From Bacteroides sp. (lineage in GTDB: Bacteria; Bacteroidota; Bacteroidia; Bacteroidales; UBA7960), in assembly GCA_036351255.1 (NCBI GenBank), contig JAZBOS010000016.1, positions 23,715-87,714 on the forward strand: a stretch of 64,000 nt of DNA. Direction: 5' to 3'. Below are positions 56,090-64,000 of the stretch, in pieces. The notes beneath the pieces were generated by a model, which worked only from the letters and a program-made list of their open reading frames with translations, had not been told where the DNA came from and searched no databases. The position numbers and the translations under genes are program-made. Position 1 is the stretch's first letter. Every line of letters begins with the position of its first letter.

Positions 56090-56566
56090 ATGGACCCACA
56101 AGCCTCAGCTTCCGCGATGCTCTTTGAAGAGTTCCTTGAAAAAGGGCGGCGTTATTGCGCCTACCGCGACCGCAGCAAAAAGGAAACTGCTCTGCGCCTC
56201 CATCAGCTTGGTGCCAGCACGGAGCTTAGCGGCAGGGTTCTTGATGCACTGGAAAACGAAGGCTTCCTTAACGAAGAACGCTTTGCAAGGGCTTTGGTCA
56301 GGGGCAAATTCCGCAACAACCATTGGGGCCGCGTCCGCATCCTGCAGGAACTTGCTCATCACCAGGTTGCCCATGCAATCATTCAGCAAGCCCTGACGGA
56401 GATTGATGAGGACGAATACCTCAGGGTACTGGAAGGCCTGACCCGAAAAAAATACGACAGCCTCAAGGGGCTGCCGCCCTTCAATGCAAAGGGAAAAACA
56501 GCACAGCATTGCATCGGGAAAGGATTTGAACCCGAGCTGGTCTGGAAGATGGTAAACGAATTATAA
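56090..56566 (+). CDS. recX: regulatory protein RecX
   Basis: RecX helical repeats (YCAYRDRS..E....L, L..L..EGFLNEERFA..L). Confidence 0.8.
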   Translation: MDPQASASAMLFEEFLEKGRRYCAYRDRSKKETALRLHQLGASTELSGRVLDALENEGFLNEERFARALVRGKFRNNHWGRVRILQELAHHQVAHAIIQQALTEIDEDEYLRVLEGLTRKKYDSLKGLPPFNAKGKTAQHCIGKGFEPELVWKMVNEL

Positions 56567-56584
56567 ACAAAAACAATAATAACA

Positions 56585-57674
56585 ATGATCTATTCCGAAA
56601 ACCTGAAGGAACTGGATAAGCGGCTTGAGGCCCTGAGGAGGTTCCTTTGACATCGATGGCAAACAAACTCAGATAGAAAAGCAACAGAAAATCAGCGAGA
56701 GCCCCGACTTCTGGAACGACCCCAAGGAAGCTGAAATCATCCTTCGCCAGATCAGCGAGCTTAAGAAATGGACGGATGCCTATGATGGTGCGGCACGCGA
56801 GCTGGATGACCTGAAAGTCCTTTTCGATTTTTTTGAAGCCGGCGAAGCCACCGAGGCCGAAGTCGACAAGCAATATGAAAAAGGCATCCGGGCCGTCGAA
56901 GACCTGGAGTTTAAAAAAATGCTCAGCAAGGAGGAAGACCGCCTCAATGCCATCCTGAACATCAATTCAGGTGCAGGAGGCACCGAAAGCCAGGACTGGG
57001 CCGAAATGCTCATGCGCATGTACCTGCGCTGGGGCGAGCGCAACGATTACAAAACCAAAGTGCTTGACCTGCAGGAAGGCGACGGGGCGGGCATCAAAAG
57101 CGCTTCCATTGAATTCGAGGGGGCGTTCGCCTTCGGATACCTCAAGGGCGAAAGCGGCGTACATCGCATGGTGAGGCTCTCCCCATTCGATTCTGCCAAC
57201 CGCAGGCACACCTCCTTTGCTTCCGTCTATGCCTATCCTGTGATTGACGACAACATCACCATCGAGATCAACCCTGCCGACATCAGCTGGGATACCTTCC
57301 GCTCAAGCGGCCCCGGCGGACAAAACGTCAACAAGGTGGAAACTGCTGTCAGGTTGTACCACGAGCCCAGCGGAATCGTGGTGGAGTGCCAGGAAACCCG
57401 CTCACAGGGGCAGAACCGCGAAAAGGCCCTCACCATGTTGAAATCGCAGCTGTATGAAATCGAACTCCGTAAAAAGCGGGAAAAACTCGATGCCCTCGAA
57501 AGCACCAAGAAAAAGATCGAATGGGGCTCGCAGATCCGTAACTACGTCTTCCATCCTTATAAACTGGTCAAAGACCTGCGAACAGGTGTCGAAACCTCCA
57601 ATGTTCAGTTGGTGATGGATGGTGAAATTGACGATTTCATCAAAGCCTACCTCATCGAGTTCGGAGAGGGCTAA
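56585..57674 (+). CDS. prfB: peptide chain release factor 2, programmed +1 frameshift: join(56585..56647,56649..57674)
   Basis: Frame 0 encodes [21 protein letters not shown] then TGA. The +1 frame is open from 56649 and carries the RF2 SPF motif (RLSPFDS) and GGQ (GPGGQNVNK). The track lists only the 3' 251 aa. Confidence 0.9.
56635..56651 (+). promoter_or_regulatory. prfB recoding signal (internal SD-like GAGGAGG, 3-nt spacer, CUU UGA C slippery/stop site)
   Basis: The sequence gaggagg-ttc-ctt-tga-c has the same architecture as the E. coli prfB frameshift site (SD-like element, 3 nt, CUU UGA C). Confidence 0.85.
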
Positions 57675-57877
57675 GATCAGTTCCGAAATGCGGTCAGAAC
57701 AGCAAAAAGACATGCGCCCTGATTAAATACTTTTCAGGGCGTAAGTCAATCAAAGCGTGTAACTTATACAAATATTGAATAAGTAATGCGCTGATTTTTA
57801 ATGCTTTAAAAATAAACAACACATTTAAAGAATTGAATTATTCCGTATCCTTTTTCCTATCAATGAGTTGAAGCCCG

Positions 57878-57909
57878 TTGGTTAATAACTTTCGGACTTT
57901 GTTAATAAC
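57878..57909 (+). promoter_or_regulatory. direct-repeat candidate operator upstream of nrdJ
   Basis: ttgGTTAATAAC at 57878-57889 and tttGTTAATAAC at 57898-57909 are spaced exactly 20 bp apart, just upstream of the TAatTTTG box at 57926-57933. Confidence 0.35.
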
Positions 57910-57925
57910 CTACCCCCCGGGATAA

Positions 57926-57933
57926 TAATTTTG
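57926..57933 (+). promoter_or_regulatory. -7 promoter box (TAatTTTG) for nrdJ
   Basis: TAnnTTTG match 110 nt upstream of ATG 58043. Confidence 0.4.
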
Positions 57934-58042
57934 TTTTTTATCTTCGCTTTTGAATCGCCTTTATTATGCACTTCTGTTGCATTGCTTTTAAGATCAAGAG
58001 GGCGATTTCCCCAACATAAAACGCTAAAAATCAATACTTGCA

Positions 58043-60712
58043 ATGGAGAATAAATCTGCATTTCCGGATGCACAGAGTGAGATTGGACAGGAAAAAGAGA
58101 ATCAGAATCTGTACAACCAAGTGCTAGATCAGCGAAGCAGGCCTGACATTCAAGAAGAACCAAAGGTTCGGCCAGAAGATGTTGAACCCACGTTCAAGAA
58201 GTATGCTTTTGAAGAGGCACTGAAAAAAACCACCGAATATTTCAGGGGCGATAGCCTGGCGGCGGGAGTCTGGGTCAACAAATACGCCCTGAAAGACTCT
58301 GACGGCAACCTTTATGAGCTGACCCCTGAGGATATGCACTGGCGCATTGCCCGTGAACTTGCACGCATTGAAAAGAAATACCCCAACCCCCTGGATGCCG
58401 AGACCATTTTCAAGGCCCTCGACCGCTTTAAGTACATCGTACCCCAGGGCAGTCCCATGGCCGGCATCGGCAACCCCTTTCAGATCGGATCACTCTCCAA
58501 CTGCTTTGTCATTGGCAACAAAGGCGAAGCCGACTCTTACGGCGGCATCATGAAAGTCGATGAGGAACAGGTTCAACTGATGAAACGCCGCGGTGGCGTT
58601 GGTCACGACCTCTCCCACATCCGACCCAAGGGAAGCCCCGTAAAAAACAGCGCGCTGACCTCCACCGGACTGGTGCCCTTCATGGAACGCTATTCCAATT
58701 CCACCCGCGAGGTCGCACAGGATGGTCGCCGCGGCGCCCTGATGCTCACCGTCTCCGTCAAGCACCCCGACGCCGAAAGCTTTATCGACGCCAAACTCGA
58801 ACAGGGCAAGGTGACGGGTGCCAATGTCTCGGTGAAGATCACCGACGAGTTCATGCAGGCTGTCGTCGACCAGGAAGACTTTGTCCAGCAGTATCCCATT
58901 CAGGCCAGCGAGCCTAAATACATCAAGCGCATCAACGCCAACGAGCTCTGGAAAAAAATCGTTCACAACGCCTGGCGTTCGGCCGAGCCCGGCATCCTGT
59001 TCTGGGACACCATCCTGCGCGAATCCGTGCCCGACTGCTATGCCGACCAGGGCTTCCGTACCGTTTCGACCAACCCCTGCGGCGAGATCCCGCTGTGCCC
59101 TTACGACAGCTGCCGATTGCTAGCCATAAACCTGTACAGCTATGTCAACCAGCCCTTTACCAGCAAAGCCAACTTCGACCACGGCCTGTTTAAAAATCAT
59201 GTGGCACTGGCACAACGCATCATGGACGACATCATCGACCTGGAGCTGGAAAAAATTGACCGCATCATCGAAAAGATTGATACCGACCCCGAACTTGAGG
59301 AAGTGAAACGGGTGGAGAAAGACCTGTGGATGAAAATCCGCCAGAAGTGTATCGAAGGCCGCCGTACCGGCATTGGCATCACCGCCGAAGGCGATATGCT
59401 GGCCGCACTGGGTTACCGTTACGGCACTGAAGAAGCCACCGACTTCTCGGTCAACGTACACAAAACCCTCGCCCTGGCCGCTTACCGTTCTTCCGTTGAC
59501 CTGGCCGCCGACAGGGGTTCCTTCCCGATTTACGACAGCAGCCGCGAAGCAAACAACCCCTTCATTCAGCGCCTGCGCGATGCTGACCCCAAACTCTATG
59601 CCGACATGCAGCAGCACGGCCGACGCAACATCGCCCTGCTGACCATTGCCCCCACCGGAAGCGTCTCCCTCCTCACACAGACCACCTCGGGCATAGAACC
59701 GGTGTTTATGGTAGCCTACAAGCGCCGCCGCAAGGTCAACCCCAACGACAAGAACGTTCGCGTGGACTTTGTCGATGAGATTGGCGACCACTGGGAAGAA
59801 TACAACGTATTCCACCACAAATTCATCGACTGGATGAAGGCCAACGGCCACGATGAAGAAAAGCTGGTCCATATGAAGGAAAGCGAGCTGCAGGACGTCA
59901 TCCGCCAGTCGCCCTTTTACAAGGCCACTGCCAACGATGTCGACTGGGTGGCCAAGGTGACCATGCAGGGTGCTGTCCAGAAATGGGTCGACCATTCCAT
60001 CAGCGTCACCGTCAACGTGCCCAACAACGTCACCGAAGAACTGGTAGGCAAGATCTACCTGACCGGCTGGCAAAGCGGCTGCAAGGGCATCACCGTTTAT
60101 CGCGACGGCTCACGCTCCGGCGTTCTGGTGAAGGACACCAAAAAAGAAGACAAGCAGGAATTCAGGGAAACCAATGCTCCCAAGCGTCCCAAGATCCTGG
60201 AATGCGAAGTGGTGCGTTTCCACAACGACTCCGAGAAATGGCTTGCCGTAGTGGGCATCCTCAACGAACGCCCCTACGAAATATTTACCGGTAAAGCCGA
60301 TGGATTTTACCTCCCCGTTTATGTTGACAAAGGCTGGGTGATGAAGAACCGCAACGAAAACGGTGAAAGCCGCTACGACTTCCAGTTCCTCGACCGCGAT
60401 GGATACCGGGTCACCATTGAAGGCCTCTCGCGATCGTTCCACAAGGAATTCTGGAACTATGCCAAGCTCATCTCGGGCATCCTGCGCCACGGCATGCCCC
60501 TGCCCTCGGTGGTCGACGTCATCGAAGACCTGAGTCTCGACAGCGACCACCTGCATACCTGGAAAAACGGCGTGGTGCGTGCCCTGAAGAAATTCATTGC
60601 CGATGGTACCAAGGCCCACGGACGCGTCTGCAGCAAATGCAACCAGGAAACGGTGATCTACCAGGAAGGCTGCCTCATCTGCACCACCTGCGGCGAGAGC
60701 AAATGCGGCTAA
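58043..60712 (+). CDS. nrdJ: adenosylcobalamin-dependent ribonucleoside-diphosphate reductase (class II)
   Basis: 889 aa. Active-site TNPCGEIPL, radical-transfer region, and a C-terminal CxxC...CxxC zinc ribbon (CSKCN..CLICTTCG). Confidence 0.9.
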   Translation: MENKSAFPDAQSEIGQEKENQNLYNQVLDQRSRPDIQEEPKVRPEDVEPTFKKYAFEEALKKTTEYFRGDSLAAGVWVNKYALKDSDGNLYELTPEDMHWRIARELARIEKKYPNPLDAETIFKALDRFKYIVPQGSPMAGIGNPFQIGSLSNCFVIGNKGEADSYGGIMKVDEEQVQLMKRRGGVGHDLSHIRPKGSPVKNSALTSTGLVPFMERYSNSTREVAQDGRRGALMLTVSVKHPDAESFIDAKLEQGKVTGANVSVKITDEFMQAVVDQEDFVQQYPIQASEPKYIKRINANELWKKIVHNAWRSAEPGILFWDTILRESVPDCYADQGFRTVSTNPCGEIPLCPYDSCRLLAINLYSYVNQPFTSKANFDHGLFKNHVALAQRIMDDIIDLELEKIDRIIEKIDTDPELEEVKRVEKDLWMKIRQKCIEGRRTGIGITAEGDMLAALGYRYGTEEATDFSVNVHKTLALAAYRSSVDLAADRGSFPIYDSSREANNPFIQRLRDADPKLYADMQQHGRRNIALLTIAPTGSVSLLTQTTSGIEPVFMVAYKRRRKVNPNDKNVRVDFVDEIGDHWEEYNVFHHKFIDWMKANGHDEEKLVHMKESELQDVIRQSPFYKATANDVDWVAKVTMQGAVQKWVDHSISVTVNVPNNVTEELVGKIYLTGWQSGCKGITVYRDGSRSGVLVKDTKKEDKQEFRETNAPKRPKILECEVVRFHNDSEKWLAVVGILNERPYEIFTGKADGFYLPVYVDKGWVMKNRNENGESRYDFQFLDRDGYRVTIEGLSRSFHKEFWNYAKLISGILRHGMPLPSVVDVIEDLSLDSDHLHTWKNGVVRALKKFIADGTKAHGRVCSKCNQETVIYQEGCLICTTCGESKCG

Positions 60713-61239
60713 GCAACCGTATTGGTCCAGCCATTCTTATGAACCCTGTCGTGCCGGTAATTGGCATTACGGGGTTTTTTTTCGGCCGGGTAACCAATCG
60801 AAACCATTGTGACGGGCACCATTTCAGGCGGGATCCCCAACAGTTCCCTGATGGCTTCCGTCCGTTCCTTGCGGGGATGAACACCCAGCCAAACCCCGCC
60901 AAGCCCCATGGCCTCCACGGCCAGCAAGAGGTTCTGGGTTGCCGCTGAGCAAGCCTGCACCAGGTAGCTCTCTTCCTGTTCAAGGCTGGGGTCACCGCAA
61001 ACCACCACCGCCAGGCTGGCCCCGCTAAGCATTTTGGCATAGGGATGGCGACGGGAAAGCTCCTCCAACAGATCCTTGCGCGTCACCACCACAAACTGCC
61101 AGGGCTGACGGTTTCGCGCCGTGGGGGCGCTCATGGCCGCATCCAGCAGGAAATGCAATTGTTCATGGCTTAAGGAGGCGCCAGGCTTGTATTGACGAAT
61201 GCTGCGACGCGAAAACAAAATTTCTGCCCGATGGTCCAT
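60709..61239 (-). CDS. nitroreductase family protein
   Basis: FSRRSIRQYK FMN-binding N-terminus, and P.A.N.QPW.F. ATG 61239 (MDHRAEILF) is preferred over the track start 61302. Confidence 0.85.
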   Translation of the reverse strand: MDHRAEILFSRRSIRQYKPGASLSHEQLHFLLDAAMSAPTARNRQPWQFVVVTRKDLLEELSRRHPYAKMLSGASLAVVVCGDPSLEQEESYLVQACSAATQNLLLAVEAMGLGGVWLGVHPRKERTEAIRELLGIPPEMVPVTMVSIGYPAEKKPRNANYRHDRVHKNGWTNTVA

Positions 61240-61335
61240 AATGCGTAATTTTTTGGTGGTTAAAAACAGGAGCCGAAAGCCAGCATACAAGCTTCTTGCC
61301 ATCTATGCTGCAAGTCCGAAAATAACGTCAATCAC

Positions 61336-62892
61336 CTATTGGAGGTAGATCCACTCACCCACCCCTATGGGCAGGTTCAGGCCAAACCAAACAAACAGCA
61401 ATATCAGCCACATAATGAACAGCACAATGGCATAGGGTATCAGCAGCGATACGATGGTGCCAATGCCGATGTTCTTGTTGTACTTATGGATCCACCCCAG
61501 CAAGAGCGGGAAATAGACATAAAGCGGGGTCACGCAGTTGGTGATGGAATCCCCCACACGGTACATCAACTGCACAAAGGCAGGGCTGTAATCAAGCTGG
61601 TAAAGCATGGGGATGAATACCGGGGCAAAAATGGCCCATTTGGCCGATCCGCTGCCCAGGAAAATATTCAGAACGGCCACGATGATCATAAACAGGGTAA
61701 ACATCACCGGCCCGGTCAGGCCTGAGGCTTTCAGCACCTCTGCCCCCTTGATGGCCAGGATGGTATCGAGGTTCGACCAGTAGAACAGGTTGATAAACTG
61801 GGCCACCACCAGCATCAGGACGATATAGCCCGAGAGGTCCTTCATCCCCTGTTCCATCAGCTTGAGCACATCGTTCGATTTGCGGATGGAGCCCGTGGCT
61901 TTCCCATAGAAATAGCCCGGGATGGCAAACATAAAGAACAGGATGGGCACCAGGCCCCTGAGGAAGGGCGAAGGCACGAGCCCACCGGTTTCCACATTTC
62001 TCAAGGGCGCCCCGGGGGGCACTACCAGGAGGATGATCACCACCACATAAGCCAGCAAGGCCAGGCCTGCCTGCCTCATCCCCCTGCGCTCGACAGGGCT
62101 AAGGGATGGGTTTTCGACGACCTCCTCTACCTCTCCGGTGATGGCAAACTGCCGGCAGCGGGGAATGGTATAGCGGCGCGCCACAAAGGCCCCTCCTATC
62201 CCAAGCATAAAGGTCGATGCGATCATAAAATACCAGTTAGCCGTTGCACTGACCTCCAGGTTAGGATCGATGTGATGGGTGATCTCGGTGCTGATGCCCG
62301 CCAGCAACACGTCGGTGCCGGCAATGAAGAAATTGGCCGTAAAACCTGCCGTAGCGCCCGCGTAACCGGCGATAAGGCCTGCAATGGGACTCAGCCCCAT
62401 CTGCGAAAAGATCAGGGCTGCAATGGGCGGAACGATCACCACCCCCGCATCCGAGCCGATGTTTCCGCAAGCCCCGATGATAAAGATCACGGGTAGTACG
62501 ATCTTCCTGGGAACCGAAAAAGCCACTGTGCGAAGGGCCACGGCCAGCAAGCCACTGCCTTCGGCTATGGAAACCCCCATCAGCATGACCAAAACCAGTC
62601 CAAAGGGGGCGAAATAGGCAAAGTTGCTCACCATATGCTCTACAAAGCGTCTGAGCCCTTCGCCCGACAGCAGGTTCTGCGCCTCCACCACCCGGCCCGT
62701 CCCGGGATCAACCGCACTCACCCCCAGCCAGGCCGTCACCGCACTGGTCAATACGATCAGGATGCATATCCATACAAAGATCCAGAAAGGATGAGGCAGC
62801 TTATTCCCCAATTCCTCTATCCACTTCAGAAAACCACCTGATCCACTTTCCTGGCTAGCTTGCCCTGCCTTATCTTTTGCCATAGATCCCAA
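61336..62892 (-). CDS. AbgT-family (p-aminobenzoyl-glutamate-type) transporter
   Basis: 518 aa, multi-TM. N-terminal FLKWIEELGNKLPHPFWIF is typical of AbgT/MtrF. Confidence 0.85.
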   Translation of the reverse strand: MGSMAKDKAGQASQESGSGGFLKWIEELGNKLPHPFWIFVWICILIVLTSAVTAWLGVSAVDPGTGRVVEAQNLLSGEGLRRFVEHMVSNFAYFAPFGLVLVMLMGVSIAEGSGLLAVALRTVAFSVPRKIVLPVIFIIGACGNIGSDAGVVIVPPIAALIFSQMGLSPIAGLIAGYAGATAGFTANFFIAGTDVLLAGISTEITHHIDPNLEVSATANWYFMIASTFMLGIGGAFVARRYTIPRCRQFAITGEVEEVVENPSLSPVERRGMRQAGLALLAYVVVIILLVVPPGAPLRNVETGGLVPSPFLRGLVPILFFMFAIPGYFYGKATGSIRKSNDVLKLMEQGMKDLSGYIVLMLVVAQFINLFYWSNLDTILAIKGAEVLKASGLTGPVMFTLFMIIVAVLNIFLGSGSAKWAIFAPVFIPMLYQLDYSPAFVQLMYRVGDSITNCVTPLYVYFPLLLGWIHKYNKNIGIGTIVSLLIPYAIVLFIMWLILLFVWFGLNLPIGVGEWIYLQ

Positions 62893-63128
62893 GTAATAAA
62901 TAAAACCTTATCAAATACTTTTTTAACTTAATTGAATTAAATCTCTAACTTATAGTAAACCAATGATTTGGTTTGTAAGACAAAAATAAAAAAAATTCAA
63001 ACTTTTGCAAGGTGTTTTACCAATTAATCCCCTTGCCCTTTGTGCCGGGACTGACTTTCGTGATGCCTGCCATGCAATAAGGCCTTTTTAGCCTTCCATA
63101 AAGCATTGAAAATCAAACCATCTTCATA

Positions 63129-63187
63129 GTTAATACGGAGTTTATTCGGAGTTTATTCGGTTTAAACCGAATAAACTCCGTATTAAC
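63129..63187. repeat. palindromic repeat element, copy B (34-bp perfect palindrome plus outer 7-bp arms and an 11-nt tandem duplication)
   Basis: cggagtttattcggttt|aaaccgaataaactccg at 63147-63180. The outer arms gttaata (63129-63135) and tattaac (63181-63187) pair across a duplicated cggagtttatt (63136-63146). Confidence 0.8.
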
Positions 63188-63252
63188 TCCCTCTCTGGTA
63201 TAAGAAAAACAGCTTTTGGGCCGGGCCATGATCGCCCTGATAATTCCGGGAG

Positions 63253-63286
63253 AAAAAAAACCGCCCCGGCTAGAAGGCCGGGGCGG
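63253..63286 (-). terminator. intrinsic terminator after the EF-G-family gene (minus strand)
   Basis: Stem ccgccccggc/gccggggcgg, 6-nt loop. The preceding plus-strand A8 is a U-run on the minus strand. Confidence 0.85.
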
Positions 63287-63316
63287 TCGAAAGGTTTAAG
63301 GGATCCTGACTGAAGA

Positions 63317-64000
63317 CTAATCTTCGTCTTTTTCCTCTTCTTCGTAAGCTTTGAGCAGTGCGTCCTGAACGTCCATGGGCACCTGCTGGTATTCGGCGAA
63401 CTTCATGCCATAGGTGGCACGGCCGCTGGTGAGCGAGCTCAGCGAGGTGGAATAGCGGTTGAGTTCGGCCAGGGGAACCTTGGCTTTGATCTTCTGGTAG
63501 TGGCCTTCGCTTTCCATACCCATAATGATGGCACGGCGGCCCTGCAGGTCGGTCATCACGTCGCCCATCTTTTCTTCCGGAACGGTGACTTCCACGTCAT
63601 AAATGGGTTCGAGGATCTTGGGTGCAGCGTTTTTGAAGGCATCCTTGAAGGCGTTACGGCCGGCAAGCTTGAACGAAATTTCGTTGGAGTCAACCGGGTG
63701 CATCTTACCATCGTAAACGTTCACGATGATGTCGCGGGCATAGGAACCGGTCAGCGGGCCTTCTTCCATCTTCTCCATGATACCCTTCAGAATGGCGGGC
63801 ATGAAGCGGGAGTCGATCGCGCCACCCACAATACAGCTGTTGAAAATGAGTTTCCCGCCCCAGGGCAGTTCGTGCTCGTCGCGGCCACGGATGGGGAACT
63901 CGGTCTGATCGGGTTTGCCTTCGTAGTGAGGCTCGATCATCATGTGTACCTCGCCAAACTGACCGGCACCACCCGATTGTTTCTTGTGGCGATAGCTGGC
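63317..64000 (-). CDS. elongation factor G family protein, C-terminal part (5' end outside window)
   Basis: The frame stays open to the window edge: ..YRHKKQSGGAGQFGEVHMMIEP.. (EF-G domain IV), then domain V. Acidic C-terminus EEEEKDED. Not followed by rpsJ or tuf. Confidence 0.85.
   Translation of the reverse strand, partial: ASYRHKKQSGGAGQFGEVHMMIEPHYEGKPDQTEFPIRGRDEHELPWGGKLIFNSCIVGGAIDSRFMPAILKGIMEKMEEGPLTGSYARDIIVNVYDGKMHPVDSNEISFKLAGRNAFKDAFKNAAPKILEPIYDVEVTVPEEKMGDVMTDLQGRRAIIMGMESEGHYQKIKAKVPLAELNRYSTSLSSLTSGRATYGMKFAEYQQVPMDVQDALLKAYEEEEKDED

Noticed and set aside
54815-56101. 428-aa ORF antisense to the RNase G gene (also 59120-60073 antisense to nrdJ, 45369-46232 antisense to the low-complexity lipoprotein gene, 25563-26252, 50883-51524 and 837-1496)
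   Set aside because: Each lies entirely opposite a gene with strong family motifs. The translations have no recognisable motifs and have skewed composition. Long stop-free antisense frames are a common consequence of codon bias, so I treat them as shadow ORFs.
57714-57742. Hairpin gcgccctga/tcagggcgt after prfB as an intrinsic terminator
   Set aside because: The stem is plausible, but no U-run follows, so I did not list it as a terminator feature.
57675-58042. Possible cobalamin riboswitch or NrdR boxes upstream of the B12-dependent RNR
   Set aside because: I scanned the 368-bp leader for a B12-box-like GCCACUG core and for NrdR-box-like palindromes and saw neither. Only the direct repeats reported above stand out. 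A covariance-model search would be needed to exclude a divergent riboswitch.

Overview
This 64 kb window looks like a core chromosomal segment of a Bacteroidota-type genome. The evidence is a SusC/SusD pair, TAnnTTTG -7 promoter boxes in front of many genes, almost no Shine-Dalgarno sequences, rpoN, and an archaeal-type ProRS. About 58 protein genes are supportable and most are housekeeping. Reading left to right: radical SAM enzyme, pnuC, Nudix-pth, rplY, prs, tRNA-Leu(CAA), SOD, a histidine kinase/OmpR-type regulator pair, xseAB, a MacB/FtsX-type permease, a tocopherol-cyclase-like protein, a suf cluster (sufBCDS, a membrane protein, sufE, a DUF59/sufT-like gene), gcvH, a VanZ-like protein, tonB, recG, rpoN, asnS, a SusC/SusD locus followed by cyanophycinase and a YfcC-type carrier, a GT4 glycosyltransferase, fbaA, proS, a very low-complexity lipoprotein with a FadL-like barrel, a Zn-ribbon/Nif3 pair, lpxK, ssb, mutY, HU, RNase G, recX, prfB, class II RNR nrdJ, a nitroreductase, an AbgT-family transporter, and a partial EF-G-family gene. 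I saw no rRNA, CRISPR array, transposase, integrase or prophage genes. Several features are absent from or wrong in the ORF track: the tRNA; the programmed +1 frameshift that joins two frames of prfB; a 29-aa highly basic micro-ORF after the HU gene; several start codons that should move inward from TTG/GTG calls; intrinsic terminators; a 34-bp perfect-palindrome repeat family with two copies that differ by a compensatory change; and a nested inverted-repeat, MITE-like element. The best candidate for something new is the Sus-like outer-membrane import locus. It contains no carbohydrate-active enzyme and is followed by a lipoprotein cyanophycinase and a YfcC-type carrier, so it may be a non-glycan (cyanophycin) utilisation locus. 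The Tyr/Trp-rich, Pro/Gln-rich, Ser/Arg-tailed lipoprotein is the second. All functional calls come from motif recognition by eye. No database search was run.
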